A DNA stretch of 63,516 nt, the filler included, from Hyphochytrium catenoides (lineage: Eukaryota > Protista > Hyphochytriomycota): NCBI GenBank assembly GCA_900088475.1. It is 12 parts of 12 records of this genome, joined end to end, with 100 filler letters (N's around TTAATTAATTAA, not from the genome) between each part and the next. Parts side by side here need not be neighbours in the genome. Positions count along the whole stretch, not along the records: positions 61,751 to 63,516 come from FLMG01004071.1; 11 more parts are not named here. One strand, 5' to 3'. Below the pieces are notes generated by a model that was not told the DNA's origin, did no database searches, and saw only the letters and a list, made by a program, of their open reading frames with translations. The stretch's first letter is position 1. Every line of letters begins with the position of its first letter. The position numbers and the translations under genes were made by a program. Positions 63,202 to 63,516 of the stretch are shown one piece after another.

Positions 63202-63516
63202 NNNNNNNNNNNNNNNNNNNNNNNNNNNNNAGACAGAATGGGCCTTGCTCATCAATGACAGACACGAAAAAGAAGGGAGAGAAGAGACAAAGAGAGAGAG
63301 AGAGATAGAGAGGAAAAGAGGGAAAAAGAGAGAGAGAGAGAGGTAGAGAGAGATGAGAAAGAGGGTGCGAGAGCGAAGAAGAAGGACAGAGAAGGAAGAG
63401 GAAGAGACAGAAGCGAACCTTAATATAGGAATCCTCACACTTTTCCGCTAGAAAGATACACGTGGAGGCAAGCACCGCTCTCTCGTGTCTTCTTCCTCCT
63501 CCTCCTGCCGTCTCCT
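62134..63516 (-). CDS. Cyclin-box protein (transcriptional cyclin T/K/L-like), partial
   Basis: LASTCIFLAEKCED resembles the cyclin AC.FLA.K.EE helix, and EILRCEGSLLHTIHFVLSVSNPQKRLL resembles E..LL..L.F.L.V..P. Confidence 0.6.

Noticed and set aside
11874-63475. Many ORFs rich in SLSLSL or RERERE
   Set aside because: Translations of (CT)n/(GA)n microsatellites in introns and intergenic DNA.

Overview
Eukaryotic genomic DNA, probably from a heterotrophic stramenopile-like protist (inferred from GT-AG introns, WRKY19-type zinc-finger repeats and a stramenopile-style AGC kinase). The window is not contiguous: it is 12 separate pieces joined by artificial 100-nt spacers (44 N + TTAATTAATTAA + 44 N), so gene neighbourhoods only mean something within a piece. 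Many introns are filled with (CT)n/(GA)n microsatellites, which produce most of the spurious ORFs. Recognisable genes: WRKY19-like zinc-finger protein, HPRT, a dsRBD + DEDDy 3'-5' exonuclease + C2H2 protein, TBCE, secreted GH13 alpha-amylase, an ACBP fused to a two-SDR-domain fatty acyl-CoA reductase, secreted GH14 beta-amylase, AVT3/SLC36-like amino acid transporter, nitroreductase, UPF2, an LRR-coiled-coil protein, RPAC2, a possible SPICE1-like protein, AGC kinase, TTLL, MTHFR and a cyclin. The best candidate for a new system is a 3.3-kb microsatellite-free piece (24666-27924) carrying an intronless OAS-type nucleotidyltransferase followed on the same strand by an intronless HNH-like zinc/nuclease protein. 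That layout resembles a CBASS or OAS-RNase L synthase-plus-effector immune module.
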